DNA of 51,743 bases, filler included, from Bipalium vagum (taxonomy: Eukaryota), in assembly GCA_037834085.1 (NCBI GenBank). It is 3 parts of 3 records of this genome, joined end to end, with 100 filler letters (N's around TTAATTAATTAA, not from the genome) between each part and the next. Parts side by side here need not be neighbours in the genome. Positions count along the whole stretch, not along the records: positions 1 to 15,625 come from JBBMKC010155060.1; 2 more parts are not named here. One strand, given 5' to 3'. The translations under genes and the position numbers were made by a program. The notes beneath the pieces were generated by a model. It was not told the DNA's origin, did not search any database, and was given only the letters and a program-made list of their open reading frames with translations. Shown here one piece after another: positions 1 through 13,699 of this stretch (position 1 is the first letter of the stretch; each line of letters begins with the position of its first letter).

Positions 1-77
1 TTCAACCGTTGAGACCTAAGTTAATTTTAAGCTCCAACCTTTAACATCATCTTAACCACCCTCTTAGGATCTTAACA
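1..77 (+). mobile_element. 3' end of a putative LTR (family also at 15856-16178 and, inverted, at 50536-50700)
   Basis: ttcaaccgtt..cctaag..taagctcc..cttagg..cttaaca matches the reverse complement of 50536-50620 and resembles 16130-16178; ends in ..aaca like a TG..CA LTR. Confidence 0.5.
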
Positions 78-371
78 TATTCATAGATATGTATGAAAAA
101 GATATGATGTCAGACAACAGAAAAAGACTTTCAGATTACAGATCGGTTAGACGCTTGACTGTAAAAAAAATTAGTTTATAAGTTGCCATTAAAATTAGCC
201 TTGATTGTTAGAACTAGATTGGATTTTACGAAAAGGTGCAAGTAGATTTGATTTAAGCAGTAAATTAACTGGATGGAAATTTGGTAAATAAATGTATAAA
301 GTTCGACGAGCAATTTTTAATAAAAAGGTTAGATCTTATCTTTTTTTACCGAAATGACAATCAAGTCTCTT

Positions 372-1386
372 TTGACCGATCTTTTATATATATAAAAAAT
401 CAATTTTTTGATAATAAAGATATTAAATAAATAAACAGCACAGTGATGGGTGTTCCATCCAATGCAATTGTTTGTTATTACTATCAGGTAATTCATGATA
501 ATAATATTACTATTATCATTAATTTTAGATAAATGTGATGGTTGAGGCACGATATTCAAGGAATGCACATCAAAAAGAAACATTGATTGTGTTCCTTGGT
601 GCTGCTACACGAAAAATTGTAAAAATTACAATAGTTATTTTTTATATTAGAAGAAAATCCTTTTTGGAGAAATTCAAAGTATCTCTAAATAAATGTTTCC
701 ATTTATTACATCTATGGGCCGTTTGCAGATCACAAAAATCAGTTACTGAAGACATGTGTTTCAAAATCGGTCTTTATTAATTTCTATGCAGAAATGTGAG
801 ATTTTTTCTTGAAAATCCAGTAAAAACGGGCGGGCCCGAACGAGTGATTCGAATAGACGACTCATTATTTCGGTAATTTTATTTTGTCTTTATTTATTTT
901 CATACTAATTTATTTAATTAAGATACAAACACAAAAATCATAATGGATGTGCTCCTGATTATGAGTTATGGGTTTTTGGCATGGTTGACGACTCCAAGAA
1001 TGCAAAAATATTTTTAGAAGTTAGTAGGAGACAGAAAATCCGCCACTTTACTGCCCCATTATAAGGGGCATCGTTGAACGTGGCTCCGTTTTAATGAGTG
1101 ATGAATGGAGAGCCTATTCTCAGCTGTCCAAAGATGAAAATTATGTTCATCGATTTGTCAACCACAAGATGAATTTTGTTGACGGAGACTGGTGCTCACA
1201 TGAAAAGAATAGAATCAATTTGGGGGAAACTGAAGATCAAAATCGTGTCAATGAAGGGTGTCTATGGTGATCTCTTGGAATCATATCTAAATGAATGAAT
1301 GTGGCACCAGAATATTCAATCAAGAAATTTATTTAATAAATTTTTAAGAAAATTATTTGCTTTTGTTACTTTTTCTGATCGGTCAA
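372..1386 (+). mobile_element. Merlin (IS1016/IS1595-like, ISXO2-type DDE) DNA transposon, decayed, with a 50-nt intron at 873-922
   Basis: Translation gives GGPERVIRIDDSLFR^YKHKNHNG..ELWVFGMVD..SATLLP..GSVLMSDEWRAY..FVNHKMNFVD..IESIWGKLK..LLESYLNE; ttgaccgatc (372-381) and gatcggtcaa (1377-1386) are inverted repeats; frameshifts and stops present. Confidence 0.88.
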
Positions 1387-1412
1387 TCGGATCAAGTCTC
1401 TTTTCTGACATA

Positions 1413-1900
1413 TTAGGTGTATGCATTAATTTTAAAGGGTTTACAAAATACCTCATAATAAGTGTTCTATGACATAAAGACAATGTTTTTGTATTTTTTA
1501 ATTAAATAATAGTTTGCTATTTATAGATTTTACTATGAATCATAATCTATTAGTAATAATAACATTTCTAATTTTAGACTCAAACATGTCTGGATTTGTC
1601 CCATCAAAACGTCATTTGCGGGAAGCTTTACTGTTTTGCTTCCATCTGAAAAAAGGTACTAGAAAAAGTCAAGAAATGTTGATGGAGGCTTATGGCAGTC
1701 ATAGTCCATCAATTTCAACTTGCGAATATTGGTTTCGCCGCTTTAAAAGTGGTGATTTTGGCACTGAAGATAAAGAACGTCCAGGACAACCACAAAAATT
1801 AGAGACCACCGAATTGGAGTCCTTACTGAAGCAGGACCAAACCCAAGCACAAGAACAACTGGCGAGATCATTAGAAGTAGATCAATCAACAATTTCTAGG
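1413..1900 (+). mobile_element. mariner (Mos1/mauritiana-like) 5' fragment: TIR plus HTH domains, 3' truncated
   Basis: TA+ttaggtgtatgcattaa TIR at 1411; ATG at 1586 gives MSGFVPSKRHLREALLFCFHLKK..TCEYWFRRFKSGDF..EDKERPGQP, similar to the Mos1 N-terminus. Confidence 0.9.
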
Positions 1901-2673
1901 ACTTTAGAACTAATTTTCTTTTTGTAAGGTATTTCTACTGACCAGAATATATCGATGAGTATTTCTGATGACAGAATTTTCAAATTATGAATTTGTCAAT
2001 ATCTCCATGACTACCTATAATAGTGATATTAGTTTAATAAAACAAAACATCAATAACGTAATTTAGACGTGAGATAATTTTCCGGATACAGAATTGGAAC
2101 ATCATATTTTATAAATATTAACACTCATTTATAACATGGATTACAGATTTTAACTTTGAAATAATCGTTTATGGAATAAACTTAAAATCAAATTGGTGCG
2201 GAAAACAAATTATGGTCAATAAAAATTTGACTCATTTTAACAAATTAAAATAAGTTAAATTAAAATATTAGACTGTTGATAAAATATGCTGTAAGAACAT
2301 TTCCTATCATTACATTAAATAAAATTAAACTTTAAATGCCTTGTAGAATAATCAGGATTTCTTAATTGTATACGGTGCGGCAACTGATTTGTGTCGCACT
2401 GTAATAAATCTTTAATAATTATAGAAATATAAATGACTACGGAAAATATGTCGACAAATCCACAAGAATGAAGCATTCGTTTATATGATAATATTTTACT
2501 GGAAATCAGGACATTTTCAAAGGTACATAATCGAATAAATTCAGATCATAAAAGATTTAAAAAATTGCAATGGATGTCTCGTCGACACATTTAATAATGG
2601 ATAATAACAACATGTAAAATGGGAATAAAAAATAATTTAATTTTCACAATTTAATCATTTTATTCTCATTATA

Positions 2674-2677
<4 letters not shown>

Positions 2678-2724
<47 letters not shown>
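2678..2724. repeat. (TTA)n microsatellite
   Basis: Direct reading. Confidence 0.95.
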
Positions 2725-2725
<1 letters not shown>

Positions 2726-2879
2726 AAAAATCAAAAAAATATAATCGTTGCCCTATTATTAAATTAGAACACTAAAATGTGTTTCAAAATATGATTTAGT
2801 AAAGGTTATCTTGTTTTTTCACCCATGAATGAATGATGTCTTTTTTCTCACTTAAAACTTTTTATCATGTTCTTCTCAA

Positions 2880-3225
2880 CCAGAAAAATAACAGTTATTA
2901 TTGTTTTAATTAAACAAATATTGCGTTTGAAGTACTTCAAATAAGAATTGAGAACAGTTCCACAAATCCGTTCATTCTCTTGATCTTCAGCTTCAGTTCT
3001 TCCCAAAATTATTAAATATTTTGGTGTTGGCGATGGTCCCATTATTTACAAAATATAATTTGTGATTGATTGTACAAAACACGCCTACCATTCATCAATC
3101 ATTATAATAGACCCTTAACAACCCAGTCTTTATAATGGGTAATAGATATTTAGAACTTCTATAATGGACTAATTGCAAATGTAATTTCCCAATAATCGAG
3201 TCATCCACAATATCAAAGACAATCT
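2880..3225 (-). mobile_element. Second, more decayed Merlin transposase remnant
   Basis: Minus-strand pieces VFDIVDDS..LLPIIK..GSIIMIDEW*A..TINHKLYFVN..WEELKLKIKRMNG..LNSYL are colinear with the 372-1386 Merlin. Confidence 0.75.
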
Positions 3226-4315
3226 TTTTGTAATTTTATCATGCTTTACATTCACCCACATTGATTAAAAAATGATGACCCTTTTAGTAACATGAAAACT
3301 ATTATATCCAATATATATCTGAGGACGGATCAAATTACGCCATGGAACATTTTTCGTAGGATCTCATTTAAATTTTGTGTGTTGGTTATTAAGTTCATAC
3401 TTTATTCAGATTACGGGTTTCATTAACTTTTGTCAATATAGACCTAAAAGTAGTATCGAATAACAGAATTCACTTAACTTCTAGTCAGATTAAATCTCAC
3501 ATACCAGAGAATTTGACTAAATATGTGTTCAAAAAGTGGTTCAATATATACAATGTGGGCATAACAGAGGAGCTTTTAAAAATTCTCTAATCAAATGATA
3601 AGGATATGACCAAACTACATGGCGATATTGAAGAAGATTTTATTCGGCTATGGTATAGTATCTGTGTAGTATATAATTCCTTATTTTATGATGTATTCCA
3701 TCAGTGGAATATATTAATCGAAGCCTACGAAAGTTTACAAGGGTTTGTAGAAAAAAATTAACTGCAAGCCTAGGTAAAAATCCTGATGACAAAGAATTGG
3801 TATATGAAAAAAAATCCAGAAATTCGACATAAGACACAGTGGACACCTTTAGTGTCTGTTGACCTTGAATGCTTTTTTTCAACATAAATTAATGTGTTCT
3901 GATCGAAGGCTGAATTTGACAATGGAGAATAAACAATATTTGAATGTTATGGCATATAATAAATTCTTATTGATTAGTATTTGTTTTAATTTGTGTTGCA
4001 CATAGTGTAGCACATAATCCACAAAAACCTATCACATTGTTATGCATATAATTCACGAATTTCTAGCGCATAAAAAGTCGGTATCTAATTATTACATTAG
4101 TACCACATAATCAACAGCCATCAGCTTTCAGCAATTATTATATTACGTTCTTAGGACAATACCGTACGCGCACGTTATACAAACAAAAATCTTTCATTTT
4201 TGTGATAAAACTAGAAAGCGCGGTATGCAATAGGAATTATGATTGTGCAAACAATCATTACGTCATTATAAATATAAAATTAAAAACCAAATGATATAAA
4301 TTTATTAATTAAAAT

Positions 4316-4923
4316 TCACTCTCTAAACCCGTCATCATGATCACCTGTACAATTTGCTTTTTCGTGGCCAGTTGTAGCAACTGTGATCTCTTTCGCGCCT
4401 TTAAAATTAACCGTTCCTGACTTGAGAAGGCCAAAACTAATGGTCACTTCGACCATGTTCCCTATGTTATACAATTCTGCATCATGTGATTTATCAATAA
4501 TAAATTTACGAAAAATGTCTACTTTTGCTGCCCAATCGATTGGAGGTTTTTGACCAATACTGGTTATGCATCTGTTTGATAGATATAGATTGTTTCTTTT
4601 CATGAAATTATAACTTCACGAAGGTTGTCCAACAAAATTGATTAAACCGAGATTATTTGCTAATATTTTTGCTTGTCTGATTATTCGAACAGTAGAAGCT
4701 CTTGAAAACACTTCTCATGTCAACGACCCATCCTTTCAATTTGAGTTCAAGTTCAGGAAATTTAACTGAACTATATCTCAGGTTCTTTTGACAACCACTC
4801 ACGAACTATACTTTCGGCAATGCTGAAAAATCTTCCTGTTTCCCGATAGTTATTGATTGATTTATAATGTTTAATGACTTCTTATTTTTTGCTGGCAGTA
4901 TAAGATTTCCGATTTCTTGACAT
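4316..4923 (-). mobile_element. pogo (POGK-like) transposase remnant: Brinker-type DBD, CENP-B HTH, start of DDE
   Basis: MSRNRKSYTA..; KFPELELKLKGWV; MKRNNL..IGQKPPIDW..IGNMVE..TVNFKGAKEITVATTGHEK. Confidence 0.85.
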
Positions 4924-5529
4924 GCCAAAAACTGAAATCGGCTTTAGGTAACATAATTGTTAACATTTTCTGTTGTTTTAAATTTAAAGATGCTGTATTA
5001 GTATTGTATTAACATTTCTCCCTCAATCCATTTTACTTCACTTTAGTTCTATGGTCAATTATTTATATTATTGACCGTGCTATTTGAGTGAAACTGTTCA
5101 AGACCATTTAGATATATTCGTGTGGCACATTGTCATATGTGAGTGTGAAGAGTTGTGAACAGAGATTTTTGTCATACATTCGAAAACCTTAATATTTTAT
5201 GATATAACGTGATCATCGTTGTTGTGTTGTTCATCGATTTAATAAAGGTTTCTGATTGGCTTAGTTTTATCTTTATTAAAGTTTCAGTTTAGTCTTAATT
5301 GATTTAAAGATTAAAGAAAGTGCTTTTCGCGTTATATAATATTAAAGGGTACTGTGATATAGATTTTCCAGAGACATCCGAAATTTCTGAAAATGGATAC
5401 CTATCACCTATATTGGAACAGACTATCAAAGTTTTCACCAGAAGGAGCAGGAAGGAGAGCTCAACTGTTGTGGATCAAATCAACTTTAAGATGATTCTCT
5501 ATAAAAAAAAAGATCACTCTGGCACCTAA

Positions 5530-6300
5530 TCATTTAGAATAATATGAGATATTCACTAAACACTTCATAACAACAGTCTCCCAGCCTTCTAGATAGCTGA
5601 ATTTAGCTGAACTCCGTTGAGCACTACTCTCTCTACGACCATAATTGGACAAGCCAGCTAAATCCAAGAACGAACAATGTTATGCTTGATGACAATAATA
5701 ACAATTATAATAATAATAATTTTGGAACTGACGCAGCAGGACCAACAGTCAACCTAGCCTGTTCCTCTCTCAGAATCCTAATGGACTGCCATGCCCGACT
5801 CTCAGCAATTAGATTAAATGAAATTAACTCCTTTATTTCAATAACGTTCGGTAATTGCTTGTTTCCTCCTTCAAAGAATCGTTTAGAGACATTAAAAATT
5901 TTCTCTTGCTCCCTGCGTTACTCTATTAGAACGGATTTTATGTGCAGCATTCATATGGACAGATAACAGTTAGGGAATTTCTTAATAATTGAAACATTTA
6001 AGTCTCCCTTCTTAGTTTATGCTCCGCATAGAACTCATTTCAATTTATTTATATTGTTCTGCTTTGGGAAATGGGTTTGTGTATAAAGATTTTCGGATAT
6101 TTACTCTATCAGACCTTCCACATTTGTGGCTATTTAAGACATACCCTAAGGGGGTCTCAACTTTCGGGTCAGTTTAGAGGGTCTCGAGTGAGTATAGTCT
6201 TTTCCTTCTACGTTTTCAAGGCAGATATCATGACATTGCCTCATCATTTTGAATGACGACGTCCTTTGAGGATGGGTTCCTCAACTTTGAATAAAATTAT
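5530..6300 (-). mobile_element. Possible decayed 5' part of a non-LTR retroelement (zinc-finger-like remnant)
   Basis: Raised GC; minus-strand LKCFNY*..LSVHMNAAH resembles a broken C2H2 finger; many stops. Confidence 0.25.
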
Positions 6301-7629
6301 CTTATATATTAAAACTAAGATGAACATTTTGTAACACGTCTCCTTGCAAATCAATTACATGGTAACACTGAGATGTTCCTTCAACTTTTATTGAAAAGAA
6401 AATTAATTAATTAAAGTTCTTTTAACTCTCGTATTTGTTTTAATGTACTGCTTTGATTTTTGTAAATTGTCTTTTTAGTTTGCATTAAAACAAACTATAA
6501 AATTAATATACTTCCTGTGTAAAAACTATCTGGAATTCTTCAATGAAATCTTGACAAAATCTGCTTATCGAAATTTATTTTATCGCCCTCACAATAAGCA
6601 TCATCCGTTACATTACAATCATGACAGTGTCTAATATGTGTCTTATCTGCATCGATATTTTGATATTTAAAAATGTATCTAGCAAAGATATTATTTAGAA
6701 AAATAATCGATTAAATATCCGCTTGATAATTAAATCGAATTTTATTTATAAACAACTAATTTAATAATAATAATTTAATATCAAATAAGTGCAATTAAAA
6801 TGGTAGTTGCAAAATCGTGGGTTTCTTTACGGGGCACATTAATAATAGAATGAACCTTAGATAGTAAGATAGACCTAAAGACAGGATATTTTGAGGTAAT
6901 CGATCTACAAAGGCAAAAGCATGTTTAACCCTTTCGTAAGCCTGAGTCTTTGGTTCAAATACGTTTCAATTTTGGAAGTGATAAATAAGTGCCTCGCAAA
7001 TATGAAATGGTCAATTAAGGTATTGAAATATATTAAACTAACTTTTGATTAGTAAAGAGGTCAACATTAATTAAGATAGCGACTTTTGATAGAGACCCAT
7101 GATAATTACGGATAAGAGAGTCTTGTCAGCCGAAAATGAAGAACCCAAACGTCGCTCCATCTCACGAAATGGGAAAATGGCTACAGAGACGTCTTAGTGA
7201 AAATAATAATATTATATTTTAATATTATTTTTCAGTAATGGATTTGAAACCCGTTTTCCTCAGTTTTCATCAGACGCTGTGTCGGCGCTGTAAAAGTGCT
7301 CATGTCAGAGACTTTATATCATTTATATAGTATCATTAAAACAAATTAAACTGATTTTGAAAATGGGGACATTTCGATAATTTATTTTACCTCTTTCAAT
7401 ATTGAATTTAACTGGTGAAAAAAGTTAAATGTCACCTCCAAAAAAAGTTGAATTTTCATTTTATTAACATTGAAAAAATCGAAATAACGTTTTTTTTTAT
7501 AAAATTTTGGTAAAAAAAGTATATTTAAATTTTGATTATTTACTGTATTAATTTTATATTTGAAGATATTTATTATTATTAATATTATCAATGAAATTAA
7601 ACTAAATTTAATAGATAAACAATAATATC

Positions 7630-7631
<2 letters not shown>

Positions 7632-7705
<74 letters not shown>
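7632..7705. repeat. (TTA)n microsatellite
   Basis: Direct reading. Confidence 0.95.
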
Positions 7706-7879
7706 TCTTCCGGTCAATGAACATTTACATAAAGGCCTATTTTAAATAAAATTAAAAATATTTTCAATGAAAACGGAGTTAAAATTGTAAAACTTCAAAA
7801 GACTTTTTTATTATTATTTTTATTTTTATTATTATTAATATTTGAATCAAAATATTAAATGTCTGCGGAATACATTAAT

Positions 7880-8080
7880 CCCTCTTACGCAATGAAGCAG
7901 CTAAATTGTTCACTTTGTTCTTATATATATTGTTGTTTTTGATTATGTAAAAAGACATTGTGTAGTTATGGAATCCTCATATATTAATAATTTATAATAA
8001 TTTACAAAAAATATAATCCCAAGATATCGTCCAGGCCAGCCGATGAAGTATACCTTGGAAAATGTACTTGGATGAGGACT
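7880..8080 (-). mobile_element. IS630/Tc1-mariner C-terminal remnant
   Basis: Minus-strand fragments TFPR..WPGR..WDY..NNIYKNKVNNLAASLRKR resemble the WPPRSPDL..LWGY..VY..L.R end of these transposases. Confidence 0.35.
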
Positions 8081-8750
8081 GAGAATTATTCAACTGAATA
8101 TGTCTGAAGAAATCTCCGCGCTATTCACAGAAACCTTGTATCTTAACGTTCGGAAATGAAGGAAGATCGAGATTAAGTTTACTGGGGTCTGCTATCTTCC
8201 ATTGTTGTTGGAAAAGCTGACACCTTTTTTACAATCATCAGCTCTAAAATGTCAGAGGATACAAAACTAAGAAATTTGGAATTTTATTAGCCAATATATA
8301 GGGTCATTTTCTGAGTGAAATGGTAAGGTTTTTCTTCGAAATATTATTGATTGGTTCGAAGATTGACATATGAGAGGTAATATCGGTTTAAATCAATATT
8401 TTTTAATTTTTGGAAGGAAGGTGGAACTGCATTATGATTTATTTATCAATCCTTTGAGATTTCAAATCGATGATTCCTTCGACAAATCGTCACTGAAGAC
8501 ATTCCATTAATTCAAATGTTTACATTTAACAAATAGCCAAACTGAATAATAAAATTTCATCAAAATTTGAAAAATTGTCTGTCATCACAAAAATGTTAGG
8601 TCATTGCCATTTTGATTTGGAGCCTGGTATTATTAAAGAAGGATTGAAAGATCGTTTTTTTAATAATATTTAATACCGTTGTTTGAATATTGTTTATATC
8701 TTTCATAATAATAAGCAAAACTTTTAAAATCAATCTAAAATTAAAGATCG

Positions 8751-9180
8751 ATGTTGAATATAATCAATAAATTACGAAATGTCCCAAATGTCGCTCATAT
8801 TCGGCATTGTGTGCTGTATACGTTTAAGCGGGGATCAAATGCTACAGCTGCCTTCAAAAATATTAACAATGTTTACGGTAAGATGCTTGATGTTCACAAA
8901 TGCCAAAAGTGGTTCGACCGATTTCGCAGTCAGTTTGGAAAACAAACCATGAGGGTATCGAAAATCTGTGGTGGATAATGATATGTCAAAGACTATGTCA
9001 AAACAGATCTTAGACAAACATTTGAAGAATTGTCTGTTCTATTAAACTGTAGTGTCAGAAGTGTATGGAACTACATTAAAGAGATAGGCAAAAGCAATAA
9101 GTTCGGTGTTTGGATTCCTCGTGATTTAACCCCAGAACATAAGAATAATCGAGTCCAGATCTGTCACTCGATTAACGAAT
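8751..9180 (+). mobile_element. mariner transposase N-terminal remnant
   Basis: HIRHCVLYTFKRGSNATAA..KWFDRFRS; downstream WIPRDLT (WVPHEL motif)..NRVQICHS. Confidence 0.85.
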
Positions 9181-11204
9181 AAGAATGCTTGGCTCCATTA
9201 AAACAAAAAAACGTTTTAATTTTAAATAAAAATTGTTTACGAAACATCAATGATCGAATTCAATTAAATTTGCATCTGGGCTCATGATGAAATTGCAATC
9301 AGCCGTTCCCATCTAGAATTAATGAGAATGGAGCAGAATCAATTTCAGATAAGACAGCGAATATCACAGATTTCATTTTTGCAAATCTTCAGATTTCGCG
9401 CTCAAATCTCAGGCAAACGAAACGGAGAAAATGTTCGACGTCAACGTGGCCGGGAAATGGAAGCCACGAAATTACTTGGTTCACATTCACTGTATTAACT
9501 TTCCAATGTGTTAATGGCAGGGAATAATTGGGTATCAGGTTCTGCTGGCCGTACCGGATACGGTGGCGGGCCAATGTTATAATCGCCAAGCGCTGATAAT
9601 TATGCAGATATGTTTCCCCAAAGTTCGGGAATAAATTAATTTTTCTCTCATTGAAAAAATTTTCATCGCCTTTTTCCATTAAGGAATTGCCGACGAAATT
9701 ATCGCTCGGGCTCTTCGTTTCCAATTATCATCGTTTTGAATTTCACTGAGTCTGGAGTTACGGTAATTATCAGGCTTGAAAGAGTTCGTTGGGGTCATGG
9801 GTCCACAAACCCTACACCCTCGGTAGTGGCTGTGAGATTTGGATTAGGCCAACCTTAGGTTTCACCACGAACCAGGGAAAGCGATTCTGATTTTAGCGGA
9901 AATTGATTCGTGTTTGAAAATTGAATGATTATAACAAAAGATTATTATGCTTTGTTTTAATTATTACATTCATTTTGACAATGATTTGCCATTGTAAAAT
10001 TATATATTATATTATTATCAATTATTATTACCATCATTATAATAATAATGATTATTAATATTTATTATTATTATCATTATTTTTTATAGTAATATTTTGA
10101 AATTATTAATAAAGTACGTGAAAGGAAAATATTCAGAAGCATTATATTATTAAAATCATAAGAATTGTTTGTTTTAATTAATGACTTGAAGAAATATTTA
10201 TGTTGATTGTTTCCTTTTAAGTTGAGACTAATTCCCTTTTACAGTCTTCTTTCTATTTATTTTTTATATTTATTTAATTTTTTATTTGTTTAAATAATGC
10301 AGAATATTAAGTGAACATTGAAATGCATAGACATAATACCAAACTGTTATTAGTAAAATCTTAAACAAGGAATTATGGAATAAAGCGTTTTTAATATTTC
10401 CCGTCGGCATTAAGACACTTTATATTATAATTTCTTTTTTTCCAAATTCCCGGAAAACTGTATAATATTAAATAAATAATTATTAATATTATATAAATTT
10501 TTGTCTTAATTCATTTTTTAAAATTTTCCGGTTCCGACAGAATATTAAAACAAGAACTATTAATTTACAATAAAATTTGCATAAATAATCAAGTACAAAA
10601 GACCCAGATAAAATTATGCATTTCATTTACTTTACGATCTGATAAACGCTTGTTGATCTCTTTTATTGATTATCCATATTGAATAATAGGCAACTCCAAA
10701 CACCCCTAACAGAAGACTCAAAATCCCTTTCGGTTTTAGGGATTTTCAACAAAAAGAAGAATGTGTGAAGTGTTAAAAATGGGAAAATTTTAATTGAAAT
10801 AAATTTATGTTAAATTCATTTTCAAAAAAGAATCGGTCTAAAACAAATCACTGACTTAAATATATATTTTAAAAAATTAATTTAATTCAATTCAATTTTA
10901 ATCTTAACTGATGGCTCAAAAAATAATCTCACATTATTTTTTTCATTAAATTTATAAATAAAAGAATATAAAGGAAAAAATTATCAATTACTAATTAAAT
11001 TTAATCAATTAAATTAACCAAAAAATTAAATTAGATTAATTAAATTAATCAATAAGGTTTAATTTAATAAATTAAAATAATTAATTAATTGATTTTTAAT
11101 AAATTAATCAATAAAATTAAATTTTTATCAATTAAATTAATTAAACAATTAATAATTAATTAATAAAACGAGGTTTTCTTTTTTGTCAATATAAAAATCA
11201 TAAT

Positions 11205-11310
11205 AAATTATTAATAAATTATTAATAAATTAATAATATTAATAATAATATTAATAATAATATTAATAATAATATTAATAATAATATTAATAATAATATT
11301 AATTAATAAT
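11205..11310. repeat. 12-bp AT-only minisatellite (aataataatatt)n
   Basis: Direct reading, about 6 perfect units plus variants. Confidence 0.9.
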
Positions 11311-13699
11311 ATAATAATAAATTATTAAATTATTATAAGTTATTAATATAAAAAAATATTAATAGGGAGATGATTTTATAATTATCGCCCTCCCCCACTC
11401 CTTTCTGAAATGTCCCTTCAAAGGATATATAGTGCTGAAATACTATTAAAACGTATTTGATGGTTTTGCGTTCCTAAATGTGTGCAGCAGCGTCGGTTGA
11501 CGCAAAGTATATTTCTCAACCTAAAAATTGACGTTGCGTAGAAATTTTTGCAAAAATAATTTCCCTCCTTTTTGAGCATTGGACAAACATCCATTTGCTT
11601 ATTTATGATAATGAATATAATTTCTGAATAATTAAATCTTAATTAAATGTTAATTACATTTAATTATTTCGTTTCTGCCTCGTTTCATCGGAGGCTGTTC
11701 GAAGAATTATCACCAAAGGGATCGATGCGTTTGGAAAGGAAACCAGTGGGGATAGTAAACCACATTGTTCATTTTCCCAAATATATAAATATCAAATTTG
11801 ATATTTACTTTTTTTATTATTTATTATTTATATTATATATATAATAGTGAGAGAATCTTTTGTTATTCTCAAATATTTAAGATTCCTTATTTTTGGTATT
11901 CCACGAATAAATATAATTTAATCGTGGAATAAAATTAATTAAAATTTTTATATAAAATTATTAATAAAGGGACAAGGGATTATGCTTAAAGAAGATGGGA
12001 CTTTAATAAGAATTATTTCCTCGAAATCTTTCATTCAATTCTTTCAACTTTGGAAGATCTATGAAAATATTATTATTAAATAATATTAAAGGATAAGTGA
12101 AGTTTTTAATCTTTCACGTTAATTTTGCAATTATCTGAAATAAAATGTTTAATGAGATATTCCAACTTTTATCTGAAGATATTTCAAATAAATCCATAAA
12201 TTGAATATCTGTTTTAATGATTGATAACTTGTTTACATTAATGGAATGTAAAATTTGAAAAAATTGATTATTTATTGAGTTCTTACAGGATTTGACAGGT
12301 TATTTTTAAATTTGGCCAACCAATATTTGAAATTAGACATCTTTTTAAAATTATACTTTCTTTTATATTCATAATCTTATTTAAATATCTCTGTTTATGC
12401 AGCGATGTCTGAGAATGTGTTATTAAAATAAAATGTCTAAACTGAAGCTTTTAAGATCGTTATCTTCGCAAATTTTATTGAAGAATTTTTTGTGGACATT
12501 GGTTGACTGAGAATTCATAAATCTGTTGAAATAATTGATACGCGGTTTTTTGGTTAATTTCAAATAGAGCATTTTTACATTGAAATCGTTATTTTGAGAC
12601 AACTTTTTGAAATACTACTTTAAGGAAATGGAAGACTAAATCTTTTAAAATCAATAATATTAGTACAGATGAAAAGTCTACGCTGAAGCGACCGAATGGT
12701 TTTTTAATGATATAATATTTGTTTTAAATAATCAATTGACTAAATAAAATGAAAGGTTTATTTAAAAACTGTCCATCCTGAATATTTTACTAATAATAAT
12801 TAATCAAATTTAGGAATGGACGAAGAAAGTAGATGTTCACTTTTAGAGATATTAGAGTAGTAGTGAGTTATTGCTTCAAAAAGAAAGCGCATTTGAGGAA
12901 TCACCATGACTGCGGCTTACCATAACCTTTATCTTATGGAATATAATGTTGCTTGATTGACTCCCATGATTTGAGATATTTGAACAATGCTATGATTTCG
13001 TTGTCTTGTTTCATCAGAGATTTTTTCATATCTTCCTTGAATACTCCATTTCCTTCTTAATTTCTACATATTTATACAAATGAATAACACATAAATAAAG
13101 GATATGTACCTTCCATTACAAAACAATGTATACATGTATACATGAGATGATCAAATCTAAAATTTAAAAAATTGAAATTAACCTAAATATCCTATAATAT
13201 TCTATTTCATAAGCATAAAGAAATAAAATCGAAATTTGAAGATCCAAATCATAGGCTAATATTTCTTCTACCTTATTATCCATTCTTAAATCTCATTGAG
13301 AACGTCTCTAAATTGAAGATCAAACAACAAACCTCAGTCGCTACATCTAATAAGAACTGGATGTCGCCAAATTATAACACAAGACTACATAGGATTCTTC
13401 AGGAATGTATTTTCATTCTTTCCAAAATGCCGCAACAAAGTTGAAATTATCGATCGTTGATGTGATTGCAATGTTGATTCAAATACACTTTATTGTTTGT
13501 TTCTAATTTTAATGAATAAATCAGTGACATATTTAAAAAACAAACAATTAAAAATTAAATGTTTGAATTTAAAAATGACTTTAAAAATGTCACAGTCAAA
13601 AGTTGATTGGCTGCTTTAAAATACGGTTGACAACAAATATTATTGATGAAATAATTGACATTGTTAGTAAAACACTAGGTATACTTATCAATTTACCTA

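Noticed and set aside
7240-7290. CTGATGA hammerhead-like core on the minus strand (also near 13010)
   Set aside because: No correctly placed GAAA with paired stems II and III
11897-11931. Hairpin tattccacga..tcgtggaata (similar one at 10720-10746)
   Set aside because: Too short for a pre-miRNA and plausible by chance in AT-rich DNA
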